DNA from: Eledone cirrhosa
Lineage: Eukaryota
Length of the DNA stretch: 64,000 nucleotides
Assembly: GCA_964016885.1 (NCBI GenBank)
Contig: OZ024749.1
Coordinates: 13,888,001-13,952,000 of the forward strand
Direction of reading: 5' to 3'
Shown here: positions 26,889 to 40,237 of the stretch, piece after piece
How positions within the stretch are numbered: the stretch's first letter is position 1
Layout of the letters: each line of letters opens with the position of its first letter
Program-made: the position numbers and the translations under genes
The notes under the pieces: generated by a model
Database searches by the model: none
Told to the model about the DNA's origin: nothing
Seen by the model: the letters and a program-made list of their open reading frames with translations, nothing else

Positions 26889-27205
26889 GTTAGAGCATTG
26901 GCCTTGCATTCGAAAGGTTGTGAGTTCAATTCTCAGACTGGGTGATGTGTTGTTTCCTTGAGCAAGACACTTTATTTCACATTGCTCCAGTTTACTCAGC
27001 TGTAGAAATGAGATGATAGGGACAGGGGTCAGTATCATTCCACTGCAAAGTGGTCGTGGAGGTACCACGGAAAAAAAAGCACCCACCACTCACTGTAAAT
27101 GAGGTTTGTGTTAGGAAGGGCATCCAACTGTAGAAATCAAGCCAGAATCAGTTCCCGTCCCACCCTTGCAAGCAGGGAAAAAGCGGATGTAAAATGAAAT
27201 GATAT
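26885..27205 (+). mobile_element. CORE-type SINE with RTE tail, near-identical to 13101-13415
   Basis: Direct sequence match that continues into the 3' flank (to ~27282 versus ~13490). Confidence 0.9.
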
Positions 27206-27279
27206 ATATATATATATATATACATAGTTGAACATGAGTGAACACAGGAGCCAATTGTACACAGTTACATTAGGTTCAC

Positions 27280-27476
27280 TATATTAGTGAAAGTAGTGGA
27301 TCTACCACAAGCTCAATAGTTTCAGCTAGTTACCTCTTCATAGGTAACTAGCCAAAACCACCGAGCTTGAAGTAGATCATCTACTTTCACTAATATACCA
27401 ACTCTGCATTTTACCGTGTATTGAGTACTTCTTTGATTCATGGTCTTCTTGGCCCTTCTCCCACAGACTATCAATA
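27280..27476. mobile_element. Diverged fold-back pLTR remnant
   Basis: Arms are 27280-27335 and 27342-27397. The minus strand reads TGAAGA-GGTAACTAGCT-GAAAC across the centre. A bulged hairpin lies at 27401-27429. Confidence 0.62.
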
Positions 27477-27502
27477 TATATATTATAGATATATATAGTG
27501 AA

Positions 27503-27855
27503 GACACGTGGCTTAGTGGTTAGAACATTGGGCTTGCAATCATGAGGTTGTGAGTTCGACTCTCAGACAGGTTGATGCGTTGTGTCCTTGAGCAAGGCAC
27601 TTTATTTCACATTGCTCCAGTTTACTCAGCTGTAGAAATGAAGTTGTGGTGTCACTGATGCCAAGCTGTAGTGGCCATAGCCTTTCCCTTGGACAACATT
27701 GGTGGCGTGGAGAGGGGAGACTAGTATGCATGGGTGACTGCTGGTCTTCCACAAACAACCTTGTCCGGACTTGTGCCTTGGAACGGAACTTCTAGGTGTA
27801 AATCCTATTGACATTTGTGACCAAAGGGGGGGGGGGGGTCATTACCCTTACCCTT
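27503..27855 (+). mobile_element. Full-length CORE-type SINE with a non-RTE tail
   Basis: A-box TGGCTTAGTGG, B-box GAGTTCGACTC, TGTGTCCTTGAGCAAGGCACTTT core, ending in (TTACCC)2. Confidence 0.85.
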
Positions 27856-28015
27856 TATATATATATATGATGGAGAAAACAAGACTCTTATCCACACATT
27901 GTATTCCTCATCGAGGGTAGCATTTGTATCCTTATGCAAGGAATTAAATAAGATTTATATATCTCCGTAAAAATGTACCCTTTCAGACTCTTCAGAGGAA
28001 GGTAGTTTGTCTATA

Positions 28016-28197
28016 ATTGTTTCTACTTTAGGCACAAGGCCAGCAATTACCCAGTGCATTACTGGTACTTTATTTTATTGACCCCGTAAGGATGAAAGGC
28101 AAAGTTAACCTCGGCGGGATTTGAACTCAGTCCGTAAAGGGACGTAACTGTGCTGCAAATCATGGCGTCCGACCCTCTACCGATACTGCCAATCCAC
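28016..28197 (-). mobile_element. Family-A SINE
   Basis: Full consensus match, flanked by a TGTCTATAAT direct repeat (possible target-site duplication). Confidence 0.9.
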
Positions 28198-29486
28198 TGT
28201 CTATAATGTTGTCACAAAAGGGATAAGCATAGGCTGTATGAAGTGCAAAATAACAGGCTACAGATTCGGAAACAAGCAGGCATTAAAACATCGGAGAGGA
28301 CCAAATGAAGATGTCGATTGCTAAGCACCAGCGCTACCAATCAAGATAACTAGAGAACTACATTACTAAACCTTAATGGATCACAGTTTTATATAAATTT
28401 GTATACTTATGTTACATACGCAATAATTTCCTACAATCAATAAATAAATCACTAAACATCATTGCCAATGGAAATGTTAGTAGTGTTGTTGTGAAGTGGA
28501 ACATATTGTCTAAAAACATATACCATGATTTGGTAGGGGTGTGTGTGGACAGCATAGTGGAAAATGCAGCCATAATAATTTGTTTTTATTGCAGTCGAGG
28601 CTAGAATTGCAAAACAAATTAGGTTTGTCAGATTACAAAACTGTCAGTTGAAATTATTTTATTTAGGAGAATAGAGTGCATAGCTAGAAGTGAGTATTAG
28701 TTCTACATGATGATTTGGCATAGGTGTGAATGGACTGTGTAGTGAGAAATACCAGCAGCATAGTAATTCTTCATGTTGGTAGAGCAAGAATTGAATGGTG
28801 TAGATGGTTTGTGGATTTTGGCAGGGGTGGGGTGATGGTGATTGTGATGATGTTGATGAAAGTTCTGTTGATTATGGTGGTGGTGGTCGAGGTGGTGATG
28901 GCGGTGGTGGTGGTGAGGAGGAGGACAACGATGAGGAAGAGAGGAGAAAGAGGAGGACAACGATGAAGAAGATATGATGGTGGTGGTTGTGGTGGCAGAA
29001 GTGGTGGCGGTGTTAAGTGCTGTCTTCAACATCATTTGTCAAGCTTGTCAGCAATCTTTACATCCACCTCCACCACAACCATCATCTCAACCATCACTAC
29101 CACCACCACCACCACCATCATATCACCACAACCAACACCCCAAACATCACCACAACCACCCCACCACCACCACCAACATAACCACTACTAACATCAACGC
29201 CATCATACCACCACAACCAACACCTTTGCCATCACCACCACCACCACAATCACCATCACTACTACCACCAACACCAACACCATCACTACCACTACCATCA
29301 GCACCTCACCCACTCCCACTGTAACTAGGCAATTACATGTTCTGCTTCTATTACAGTTGGTAACAGAAATCATTTGTTATTTTCAAAATTGTCATTATTG
29401 TTTGTTGTTGGTGTTGGTGGTTGTGGTGGCAGTGGTGTGTAGTGGTGGTGGTTGTAGTTGTGATGGAGTGTGACATATATATGTAC

Positions 29487-29567
<81 letters not shown>

Positions 29568-29571
29568 GTCA

Positions 29572-30586
29572 TATATAAAAAGTTTAGTTAAGAATGTAGG
29601 CTTTACATGTAGCAGCTGCACCAGGACAGCAAGCAGCAAACAGCCACAGGAAACAAACACTACCAAATTCTGAAAGGGCTCTGTAGAAACAGTAGACAGC
29701 TACTGCTACCTAGGTGACGAAATCAGCAGCGGTGGTGGGTGTTCTGAAAGCACAATAACTAGGGTAAGAACAAGATGGAAGAAGTTCAGGGAGCCACTAT
29801 CACTGCTAGCAGCGAAAGGCTTTTCCCTCAAAATGAAAGGCAGTCTGTATGATGCATGCGTACGAACAGCAATGTTACACGGTAGTGAGACCTGGGCGTT
29901 GTGTGCAGAACACTTGCGTAGATTAGAAAGAAACGAAGCTTGCATGCTCCAATGGATGTAAAACAATAATATACGCGAACGGCAAAGCATAATCGAATTG
30001 AGAGAGAGAGTAAGTATAAGAGGAATCAAATGCTGTGTGCAGGAGAGGAGGTGTGTTGGTATGGACATGTGATGCGTATGAAGGATGACAACTGCATAAA
30101 AAGATGCAGAACACTAAAAGTCAATGGAAGCCTTGGAGTGGGGAGACCCAAGAAGACCTGGGATGAGGTGATAAAAGCTGACCTTGCCCAATTGCACCTC
30201 TCAAAGGTGATGACACAGGATGAGATCTCTGGCATTACGCAATAATACAGAAGACCCGACTTCCTACGGGTACAATCCGAAGCTGAAGCATATAGACAGT
30301 ATGCCCCACCCCCTCCCACTGTAAAGTGGTCTTGGAGGTGTCATAACAAAAAAGCATCCAGTTGACACTTTAAAGTGGCTGTGTAGGTGCCACGGTACAG
30401 AAGCAGCCAGCATTCACTGTAAATGAGGTTGGTTTTAGGAAGGGCATCCAGCTGTAGAAATCAAGCCAAAATCAGTTCTGTATGAGCAAGACATGGTCAC
30501 CCGACTTGGCACTACCCACGACAGGATAACCCATCTAACCCATGCTAGCATGGAAGAATGAGCATAAAACTGATGATGTGATGATG
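29572..30586 (+). mobile_element. RTE-clade LINE, 5'-truncated, with disrupted RT C-terminal region
   Basis: FTCSSC...VETVDSYCYLGD...WKKFREP...LYDACVRTAMLHGSETW...WYGHVMRM...GRPKKTW, with stops and a frameshift, then a (GAT)n tail. Confidence 0.93.
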
Positions 30587-30611
30587 ATACACACATATAT
30601 ATATACATACA

Positions 30612-30691
<80 letters not shown>

Positions 30692-30907
30692 AAAGGTAAA
30701 CAGAAATAACAACACAATCAGTACAGTATGTGGAAGGGATATATTAGGTTAACGTTTGATATAACAGTCCTTCATCAGAAGAAAGAATGAGAAATAAAAT
30801 AGTAGATTGAGGGGACGGGCGGGTTGGAATTGGAAAAAAATATCTTTAGATAAAAATAACAGGTCCATTCATTTTGACATATATATACATATATATATAT
30901 ATATGTT

Positions 30908-30940
<33 letters not shown>

Positions 30941-30974
30941 GTATATATATGTCAAAATGACTATTATCATATTT

Positions 30975-31079
<105 letters not shown>

Positions 31080-31081
31080 AA

Positions 31082-32138
31082 TATGATAATAATGGAGCTG
31101 CGGCGCTGTAAATGGGTTACATATGAAAAAGTTTGTCCTCATCAGTGGCCTTCCAACCGTCGTTGGGACACGTAAATAAAGGGGACGCTAGGGTACAAAC
31201 AAAATGGTTTAAGCAACAGAAAGTGATGAAGAAGAAAGAAACAAGTCCCAGATTTCTATGAATATAAATTCGGTGGAATCGTGAACGAGAGAATAAAGAC
31301 CATCAAACCTGGTTGAAATGTGAGCAGGGAAGGAATTTCGCACAGGTCTAACGGGAGGAAGAAGGGGTCTGGTCTGCGAATACGGCAAACATAAGTTCTG
31401 TGAAGTCGCAGGCGAGAGAGAGAGAAAAAAAATTCATACCGGCTTGGTCAAGTGCCCGCGAGAAAAGGATTACGGACAGGTCAAACGGGAAGAAAGGGGA
31501 GGAGGAGAGGTAGTGACAGAGAGTGAGTGAGTGAAAGGTGAGGAAGAGGCTAACAGAGAGAGACTGCTAGAAAGGGTAAAGACACAAAGAACGAAACAGA
31601 CCGGTGGCAGCGGAGGAAAAAATATATGTGTAAATATAATAATAATGGAGCTGCGGCGCTGCAAATGGGTTACATATGAAAAAGTTTGTCCTCATCAGTG
31701 GCCTTCCAACCGTCGTAGGCATTTCGTCGCATTAAAAGCCATATACCTCAGGTTGGTGCGAGCAACGGCTAAAAAAAGTCGTTGGGACACGTGAATAGAG
31801 GGGACGCTAGGGTAAAACAAAATGGTTTAAGCAACAGAAAGTGATGAAGAAGAAAGAAACAAGTCCCAGATTTCTATGAATATAAATTCGGTGGAATCGT
31901 GAACGAGAGAATAAAGACCATCAAACCTGGTTGAAATGTGAGCAAGGAAGGAATTTCGCACAGGTCTAACGGGAGGAAGAAGGGGTCTGGTCTGCGAATT
32001 CGGTAAACATAAGTTCTGTGAAGTCGCAGACGAGAGAGAGAGAAAAAAAATTCATACCGGCTTGGCCAAGTGCCCGCGAGAAAAGGATTACGGACAGGTC
32101 AAACGGGAAGAAAGGGGAGGAGGAGAGGTAGTGACAGA
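31082..32138 (-). mobile_element. Partial tandem duplication (~560-620-bp unit) of a probable Penelope-like element end
   Basis: 31082-31520 is repeated at 31637-32138, and the first copy lacks ~65 nt. Each copy has a minus-strand CTGATGAGG, but no matching GAAA half was found. Confidence 0.55.
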
Positions 32139-32231
32139 GATATATATATGCGTGTGTGTGTGTGTGTGTGTGTATGTGCATCATCATCACATCCTCAAAA
32201 TTTCCTAGGATGTAAATTACATCAGATATTG

Positions 32232-32291
32232 TATTTTGTCTGATGAGGGCATACTATAAATTAGTATCCTTGAAATATATATAATAAAATA
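32232..32291 (+). ncRNA. Minimal type I hammerhead ribozyme
   Basis: TATTTTGT-CTGATGA-GGGCATACTA(TAAAT)TAGTATCCTT-GAAAT-ATAT-ATA|ATAAAATA, with an 8-bp stem I. Confidence 0.85.
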
Positions 32292-32329
32292 AATTATGAT
32301 GCTATAGTGATATATTTTCCATTTATTGC

Positions 32330-32470
32330 ATAGAGTTACGCCCCTTGCCATTCTCAGTTCAAATTCGCGCCAAGGTTAACTTTGCCTTTCATCCTTATGG
32401 GGTCGATAAAATAAAGTACCAGTAATGTACTGGGTAATTGCTGGCCTTGTACCAAACGTAGAAACAATTA
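32330..32470 (+). mobile_element. Family-A SINE (the only plus-strand copy seen), 5'-truncated
   Basis: CAGTTCAAATTC...GCCTTTCATCCTTATGGGGTCGATAAAATAAAGTACCAG...GTAGAAACAATTATT. Confidence 0.88.
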
Positions 32471-32491
32471 TTATATATATATATGTATATG

Positions 32492-32553
<62 letters not shown>

Positions 32554-33277
32554 AACACTTATATATATATATATGTATATATATGCACATATATATATAT
32601 GTATGTAAGTATGTGTGTGTGCGTGTGTGCATGAGTATGTGCGTGCATGAGTGTGTATGTGAGTGAACGTGTGTGTATATATCATATCACATGATCACAT
32701 GACACACAGACATTGACCAATGAAAGAAATTCCACTTTAATTAGTTAGTGAATGTTTTAACACAGTTTTTTGTGGCAGGTTCAAACCTATAGCCGATCAA
32801 TGACACTGGCTACACTATTGTACACCCACCCAACCAACCACCACACTTTCTTATCAGATGGTGTCACCATTATCATCGCCATCACTACAGCTGTCATCAC
32901 CACCATCACCACCACCACCACCTCCACCATCACCACCACCATCACCACCACCATTACCACCACCACCACCACCACCACCACCACCACCACCACCACCACC
33001 ACCACCACCACCATCACCACCACCACACCACCACCATCACTACAGATATCACCAACAGCACCACAACCACCACCACCACAACCTCTATCACCACCACGCC
33101 ATCACCACCTCTACAGACATCACCACTACCACCAACAACACTACCACGACGACTATCACCACAACCACTTTCATCACCACAACCACTTTCACCACCACAC
33201 CATCAAGGGGAAAGTTGTTTAAATCTTCACCAGTGTATTACTGGTACTTTAAGGATGGAAGGATTACAATTAAAAAT

Positions 33278-33915
33278 AATTGTTTCTACTTTTGGCACAA
33301 GGCCAGCAATTATCTCAGTGTATTACTGGTACTTTATTTTATTGACCCCGTAAGGATGAAAGGCAAAGTTAACCTTGGCGGGATTCAAACTCAGAATGGC
33401 AAGGGCCGTAACTCTATGCGCCAAAGCATGGCGTCTGACCCTCTACCGATACTGCCAATCCACCAGGGATATAACTATATGCCACAAACCATATTGTCCG
33501 ACGCTCTACCAATTATGCCAATCCACCGCCCTTCAGTAATAATAACAATTGTTTCTACTTTTGGCACAAGGCCAGCAATTACATCAGTGTATTACTGGTA
33601 CTTTATTTTATCGACCCCGTAAGGATGAAAGGGAAAGTTAACCTCGGCGGGATTTGAACTCAGATCATAAAGGGAGGTAACTCTATGCTTCAAAGCATGG
33701 CGCCCGACCCTCTATCGATACTGCCAATCCAAGGTCAACAATTTTGGGTGAGGGAAAATTGATTAAATCAACCCCAGTGCATTACTGGTACTTTATTTTA
33801 TCGACAACATAAGGATGAAAGGTAAAGCTCACCACAGTGAGATTTGAACACAAAGGGACGTTACTCTAACCACGAAGCATGCTGTCCAACGCTCTACCGG
33901 TTACTGCCAATCCAC
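33278..33915 (-). mobile_element. Cluster of three family-A SINEs plus a duplicated head
   Basis: Consensus blocks start at ~33278, ~33548 and ~33731. Confidence 0.88.
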
Positions 33916-34001
33916 TAATATTAAAAATAATAAATTTTTTAAGAATTCTGGAAGAAGTCACCTACGATTGCCAACTGGGAAATATTTGTCTGGAACATAT
34001 A

Positions 34002-34114
<113 letters not shown>

Positions 34115-34131
34115 ACAGTAACAGCAGCAGC

Positions 34132-34165
<34 letters not shown>

Positions 34166-34404
34166 ACAGCAGCAGCAGCAGCAGTACTAGTAGTAGTAGT
34201 TGTAGTAGTAGTAGTAGTAACAAGTTCTCATTTCCACCCAACCACCTTCCTGACACCAACAGACAGACTTACTACATAAATTCTTTTACTGCCAAACTAA
34301 CTTAGCAAAATGAATCTTTAATTCTAGTCCAGACCAGTCAAGATTCCTATGGGAGGCGGTATTGTTGTACATGAATACCATTATATAACTGATGGCTTAA
34401 CAGT

Positions 34405-36365
34405 TACATCATTTCTGGCTAAACAATCAGATATTTGCTGGTTAAACCATCAGGTTATTTCTGGCTAAACCATAGCTAAATCATCACATCATTTCTGACT
34501 AACAATCAGATATTTGCTGGTTAAACCATCAGGTTATTTCTGACTAAACAATAGCTAAACCATCACATCATTTCTGGCTAAACATAGATAAACCATCACA
34601 TAATTTCTGACCAAACCATAGATAAACCATCACATCATTTTTGGCTAAACAATCAGATATCTGCTGGCTAAACCATAGCTAAACCATCACATCATTTCTG
34701 GCTAAACAATCAGATATTTTCTGGTTAAACCCTTAGGTTATTTCTGGCTAAACCATAGCTAAACCATCACATCATTTCTGGATAAACAATCAGATATTTG
34801 CTGGTTAAACCCTTAGGTTATTTCTGGCTAAACCATAGCTAAACCATCACATTATTTCTGGCTAAACAATCAGACTGTTGCCAGTTAAACGATCAGGTTA
34901 TTTCTGGCTAAACCATAGATAAACCATCACATCATTTCTGGCTAAATAATCAGACTGTTGCCAGTTATCAGGTTATTTCTGGCTAAACAATCAGATTTTT
35001 GCTGGTTATTAGATTATTTCTGGCTAAACCATAGATAAACCATCACATCATTTCTGACTAATCAATCAGACTGTTGCCGGTTAAACCATCAGGTTATTTC
35101 TGGCTAAACCATAGATAAGCCATCACATCATTTCTGGCTAAACAATAAGATATTTGCCAATTAAACCATAGTTAAACCATCACATCATTTCTGGCTAAGC
35201 AATCAGACTGTTGCCGATTAAATCATTAGGTTATTTCTGGCTAAACCATAGATAAGCCATCACATCATTTTTGGCTAAACAATCAGATATTTGCTGGCTA
35301 AACCATAGCTAACCCATCACATCATTTCTGGCTAAACAATCAGACTGTTGCCGGTTAAACCATCAGGCTATTTATGGCTAAACCATAGATAAGCCATCAC
35401 TTCATTCTGACTAAACAATCAGATATTTGCTGGTTAAATCATCAGGTTTTTTCTGGCTAAACCATAGCTAAACCATCACATCATTTCTGGCTAAACAATC
35501 AGATGTTTGCTAGTTAAACCATTAGGTTATTTCTGACTAAACCATAGATAAGCCATCACTTTATTTCTGGCTAAACAATCAGATATTTGCTGGTTAAACC
35601 ATTAGGTTATTTCTAGCTAAACCATCACATCATTTCTGGCTAAACAATCAGATGTTTGCTGGTTAAACCATTACGTTATTTCTGGTTAAACCATCAAATT
35701 ATTGCTGACTAAACTATCATATTGTTGGCTATCCCATTATATTGTTGATCAAACCATCATTTTTTTTGCTGACTTAACCATCATATTGCTGGCTAAACCA
35801 TCACTTTATCGTTGGCTAAACCATCATACTATTGCTGGCTAAACCATCATATTATTGCTGGCTAAACCATCACATTATTTTTGGCTAAACCATCACATTA
35901 TTTCTGGCTAAACAATCATATTGCTGACTAAACAATCACGTTGCTGGGTAAACCATCACATTGCTGACACTAAACCATCACATTATTGCTGGCTAAACCA
36001 TCACACTATCGCTAGATAAACCATTACATTATTTCTGGCTAAACCCTCACATTATATCTGGCTAAACCATCAGATTGCTAGCTAAATCATTTGTTGATTA
36101 AACCATCATATTGTTGATTAAATCATCATATCATTTCTGGCTAAACCATCATGTTATTTCTGGTTAAGCCATCGGATTATTGCTGGCTAAACAATCAGTA
36201 TTGCTGGCTAAACAACCACATTATTGCTGGCTAAACCATCACATTATTGTTGGTTAACCTATCACACTGTTGTCTAAACCATCACACTGCTGGCTAAACC
36301 ATTACACTGTTGGCTAAACCATCATATTGCTGGCTAAACCATCGGATTATTGCCATTCAAACCAT
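34405..36365. repeat. Diverged ~20-24-bp minisatellite with ~80-bp higher-order units in its left part
   Basis: Recurrent CTGGCTAAACCATCACAT(T/C)ATT. Confidence 0.92.
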
Positions 36366-36439
36366 TGGTTTAAACATCAGTTTCTTACTGATTTCACCAT
36401 CATATTGCAGAGAAAAGGCTCGTTATTCCTGTAAAACAT

Positions 36440-36796
36440 GATTTCTACTCAAGGCTCAGTGTCAGTAAGTTTGAAGGGGTGGTGGTGATGAGGAAAGTCA
36501 ATTAATCTGAACCCAGTACTTTACTGGTTCTTTATTTTATCGACCCCAGAAGAATGAAAAGCAAAGTTGACCTCGGCAGGATTTAAACTCAGAACTTAAA
36601 GAGCTGGTACAAAATAGCCCGAACCATTTGTTTAACATTCTAACAATTCTGCTTACCTCACTACGCTATTCCTGCAAGTTATTGTTTCTTCTTTTGGCAC
36701 AAGGCCAGCAATTATCCCAGTGCATTACTGGTACATTATTTTATCGACCCCGTAAGGATGAAAGGCAAAGTTAACCTCGGCAGGATTTGAACTCAA
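36440..36796 (-). mobile_element. Two family-A SINE copies
   Basis: ATCGACCCC...ATGAAA.GCAAAGTT.ACCTCGGCAGGATTT.AACTCA occurs twice. Confidence 0.82.
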
Positions 36797-36894
36797 TGCC
36801 ATGAGTTAAACCTTTAGTCTTCTGCAGACGAAACTTACCATATTCTTTTATTCAAAACCGCCATATTCCTGTAGAAAAAAGCCATATTATTTGT

Positions 36895-37350
36895 CATCAT
36901 CATCATCAGCGTCATCATCATCGTCGTTTAACGTTCATCTTGCACGCTAGCATGGGTAGGGCGGGCTATCCCTTTGTAGGGGATCAGATCGGGGACCGTG
37001 ATTTGCTCACTCAGAACTGATTTTGGCTTGGTTTCTACGACTAGATGCCCTTCCTATCACCAACCACATTTACAGTGTGTGCTGGGTGCTTTTTGTAGTG
37101 ACACCTACACAACTATTTTACAGTGGACTGGGTGCTTTTTATCGTGACTGACACCTACACGACCACTTAAAGTGTAGACTGGGTGCTTTTTGTCGTGACA
37201 CCTACACGACCATTTTACAGTGTGGACTGGGTGTTTTTTATCGTGACACGTACACGACCACTTTACAGTGTAGACTGGGTGCTTTTTGTTATGACACCTA
37301 CATGACTATTTTACAGTGTGGTCTGGGTGCTTTTTGTTGTGACACCTACA
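36895..37350 (-). mobile_element. RTE 3' UTR fragment with ~6 copies of an internal ~48-bp repeat
   Basis: (CAT)n, GATGCCCTTCCTA, then repeated GGGTGCTTTTTGTCGTGACACCTACACGACCACTTTACAGTGTGGACT. Confidence 0.82.
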
Positions 37351-37809
37351 CGACCACTTTACAGCGTGGAAATATTACTATATTCCTACACTCAAAATTA
37401 TCACCTTCTCATAGACAAAGCTAGCATATACCTGTAAATAATCTTCTAGTCAAAACCTGCAATCTTCTCGTAAACAAAACTAGCCTCCATATTCCTATAG
37501 ACACAATTATCATATTCTTGTAGCCGAAAGCCATCATATTCGTGCAGACAAAGTCGAAATATTCTTCTTGTTAAGTCGAAATATTCTTCTTGTTAAAACT
37601 GTCATTTTCTTGCAGACGAAAGCACAATATTCCTGCAGAAATATCACACTGTGTTTTATAGATTGTCATTACGTTGTAAAGCGTCCATAAAAAACAACAC
37701 TAGTCTGGAAAAGCTAGGCTTTTCAGGCAATAAAAAAGCAACTATTAAATACTAATTCTACAGGTAAAACTTACAAGTGAAAAAGACTTTTATAAGGTTC
37801 AGCATAAAA

Positions 37810-38440
37810 TAATGGTTTCTGATTTAGGCACAAGGCCAAGAATTTTGGGGGAAGGGAAAGTAGATGAAATCGTCCCCAGTGTATTACTGGTACTTTATTT
37901 TATCGACTCCGTAAGGATGATAGGCAAAGCTAACCACGGCGGAATTTGAACTCAGAACGTAAAGGGCCAAAACTCTATGCCTTAAAGCATGTTGTCCAAC
38001 GCTCTATTGGAACTGCCAATCAACTACCCTTACCCTAACAATAATTGTTTCTATTTTAGGCACAAGGCCAGCTATGTGAAGTGTGGGGAAAAGTCGATTA
38101 AAGCGACCCCAGTGCATTACTGGTGCTTTATTTTGTCGATCCCAGTAAGGATCGAAGGCAAAGATAACCTAAGAGGATTTGAACTCAGATCGTAAAGGAC
38201 CGTAACGTAAAGCATGTTGTCTGACTCTACCGATTCTGCCAATCCACCGCCCTAAAAATAATTGTTTCTACGTTAGGCACAAGGCCAGCAATTACCCAGT
38301 GCATTACTGGTACTTTATTTTATCGACCCCGTAAGGATGAAAGGCAAAGTTAACCTCGGCGGGATTTGAACTCAGATCGTAAAGGGACGTAACTATGCTG
38401 GAAGGCATGGCGTCCGACCCTCTACCGATACTGCCAATCT
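37810..38440 (-). mobile_element. Three tandem family-A SINEs
   Basis: Consensus blocks start at ~37810, ~38044 and ~38260. Confidence 0.9.
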
Positions 38441-39430
38441 CCCACCCTAGCATGGCGTCCGACCCTCTACCGATACTGCCAATCTCCCACCCTAGCATGG
38501 CGTCCGACCCTCTACCGATACTGCCGATCTCCCACCCTAGCATGGCGTCCGACCCTCTACCGATACTGCCAATCTCCCACCCTAGCATGGCGTCCGACCC
38601 TCTACCGATACTGCCAATCTCCCACCCTAGCATGGCGTCCGACCCTCTACCGATACTGCCAATCTCCCACCCTAGCATGGCGTCCGACCCTCTACCGATA
38701 CTGCTAATCTCCCACCCTAGCATGGCGTCCGACCCTCTACCGATACTGCCAATCTCCTACCCTAGCATGGCGTCCGACCCTCTACCGATACTGCCAATCT
38801 CCCACCCTAGCATGGCGTCCGACCCTCTACCGATACTGCCAATCTCCTACCCTAGCATGGCGTCCGACCCTCTACCGATACTGCCAATCTCCTACCCTAG
38901 CATGGCGTCCGACCCTCTACCGATACTGCCAATCTCCCACCCTAGCATGGCGTCCGACCCTCTACCGATACTGCCAATCTCCCACCCTAGCATGGCGTCC
39001 GACCCTCTACCGATACTGCCAATCTCCCACCCTAGCATGGCGTCCGACCCTCTACCGATACTGCCAATCTCCCACCCTAGCATGGCGTCCGACCCTCTAC
39101 CGATACTGCCCATCTCCCACCCTAGCATGGCGTCCGCCCCTCTACCGATACTGCTAATCTCCCACCCTAGCATGGCGTCCGACCCTCTACCGATACTGCC
39201 AATCTCCCACCCTAGCATGGCGTCCGACCCTCTACCGATACTGCCAATCTCCCACCCTAGCATGGCGTCCGACCCTCTACCGATACTGCCAATCTCCCAC
39301 CCTAGCATGGCGTCCGGCCCTCTACCGATACTGCCGATCTCCCACCCTAGCATGGCGTCCGACCCTCTACCGATACTGCCAATCTCCCACCCTAGCATGG
39401 CGTCCGACCCTCTACCGATACTGCCAATCT
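38405..39430. repeat. 45-bp minisatellite (~23 copies) amplified from the family-A SINE 5' end
   Basis: Unit GCATGGCGTCCGACCCTCTACCGATACTGCCAATCTCCCACCCTA matches the SINE head at 28160-28195. Confidence 0.97.
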
Positions 39431-39604
39431 AAAAATAATAACTGGACATATAAGCTCTCAGAACAGAAAAAAAACTGGGCATCAGCATGTGTAGGAATTG
39501 AAAGCGTTGCACTTACTTTCATTAGTGTAGTAGCCGATTACACGATCTTGCCAACCCACGTTTAGCATAAAATATTGAAGGTTGTCGGTGTCTAAATAGT
39601 AATA

Positions 39605-39912
39605 ATTGTTTCTACTTTTGGTACAAGGCCAGCAATTATCTCAGTGTATTACTGGTACTTTATTTAATCGACCCCGTAAGGATGAAAGGCAAAGTTAAAC
39701 TCGGCGGTATTTTGAACTCAGAATGGCAAGGGCCGTAACTCTATGCTTGGCGTCCGACCCTCTACCGATACTGCCAATCCAATAGTAATAATTGTTTCTA
39801 CGTTAGGCACAAGGCCAGCAATTACCCAGTGCATTACTGGTACTTTATTTTATCGACCCCGTAAGGATGAAAGGCAAAGTCAACCTCGGCGGGATTTGAA
39901 CTCAGATCGTAA
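39605..39912 (-). mobile_element. Two family-A SINEs
   Basis: Consensus blocks start at ~39605 and ~39790. Confidence 0.9.
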
Positions 39913-40200
39913 AGTGTTTTGTTCTTTGTTAGAGACCAACCAATTCGCTGTAGAAAGGATCCAATGAAAATCGAAAAAAAGCATGTACAAAAACACACAC
40001 TTACACACACATTCACACCACACACATACATACATATACAAGGGCCTTGTTTCGGTGGGGGGGGGGGGCATTAGGGGACCCCCCCCCCCCCAGTTTTTGC
40101 CAATTAAAAAACAAAGAAAATCCCACTAACAAGTCATACATATGTATAATACATATTTTTACATATAATACATATGTTTATTTAAGTGTATATATTTATA

Positions 40201-40237
<37 letters not shown>

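Noticed and set aside
27900-27995. Additional hammerhead candidates (CTGAAGAG here on minus; also ~14858, ~24501, ~42780)
   Set aside because: One catalytic box or stem I could not be completed, so these are at most decayed remnants.
38395-39432. 345-aa ORF of (MASDPLPILPISHPS)n
   Set aside because: The 45-bp unit derives from a non-coding SINE head, and the frame is open because the unit length is a multiple of three.
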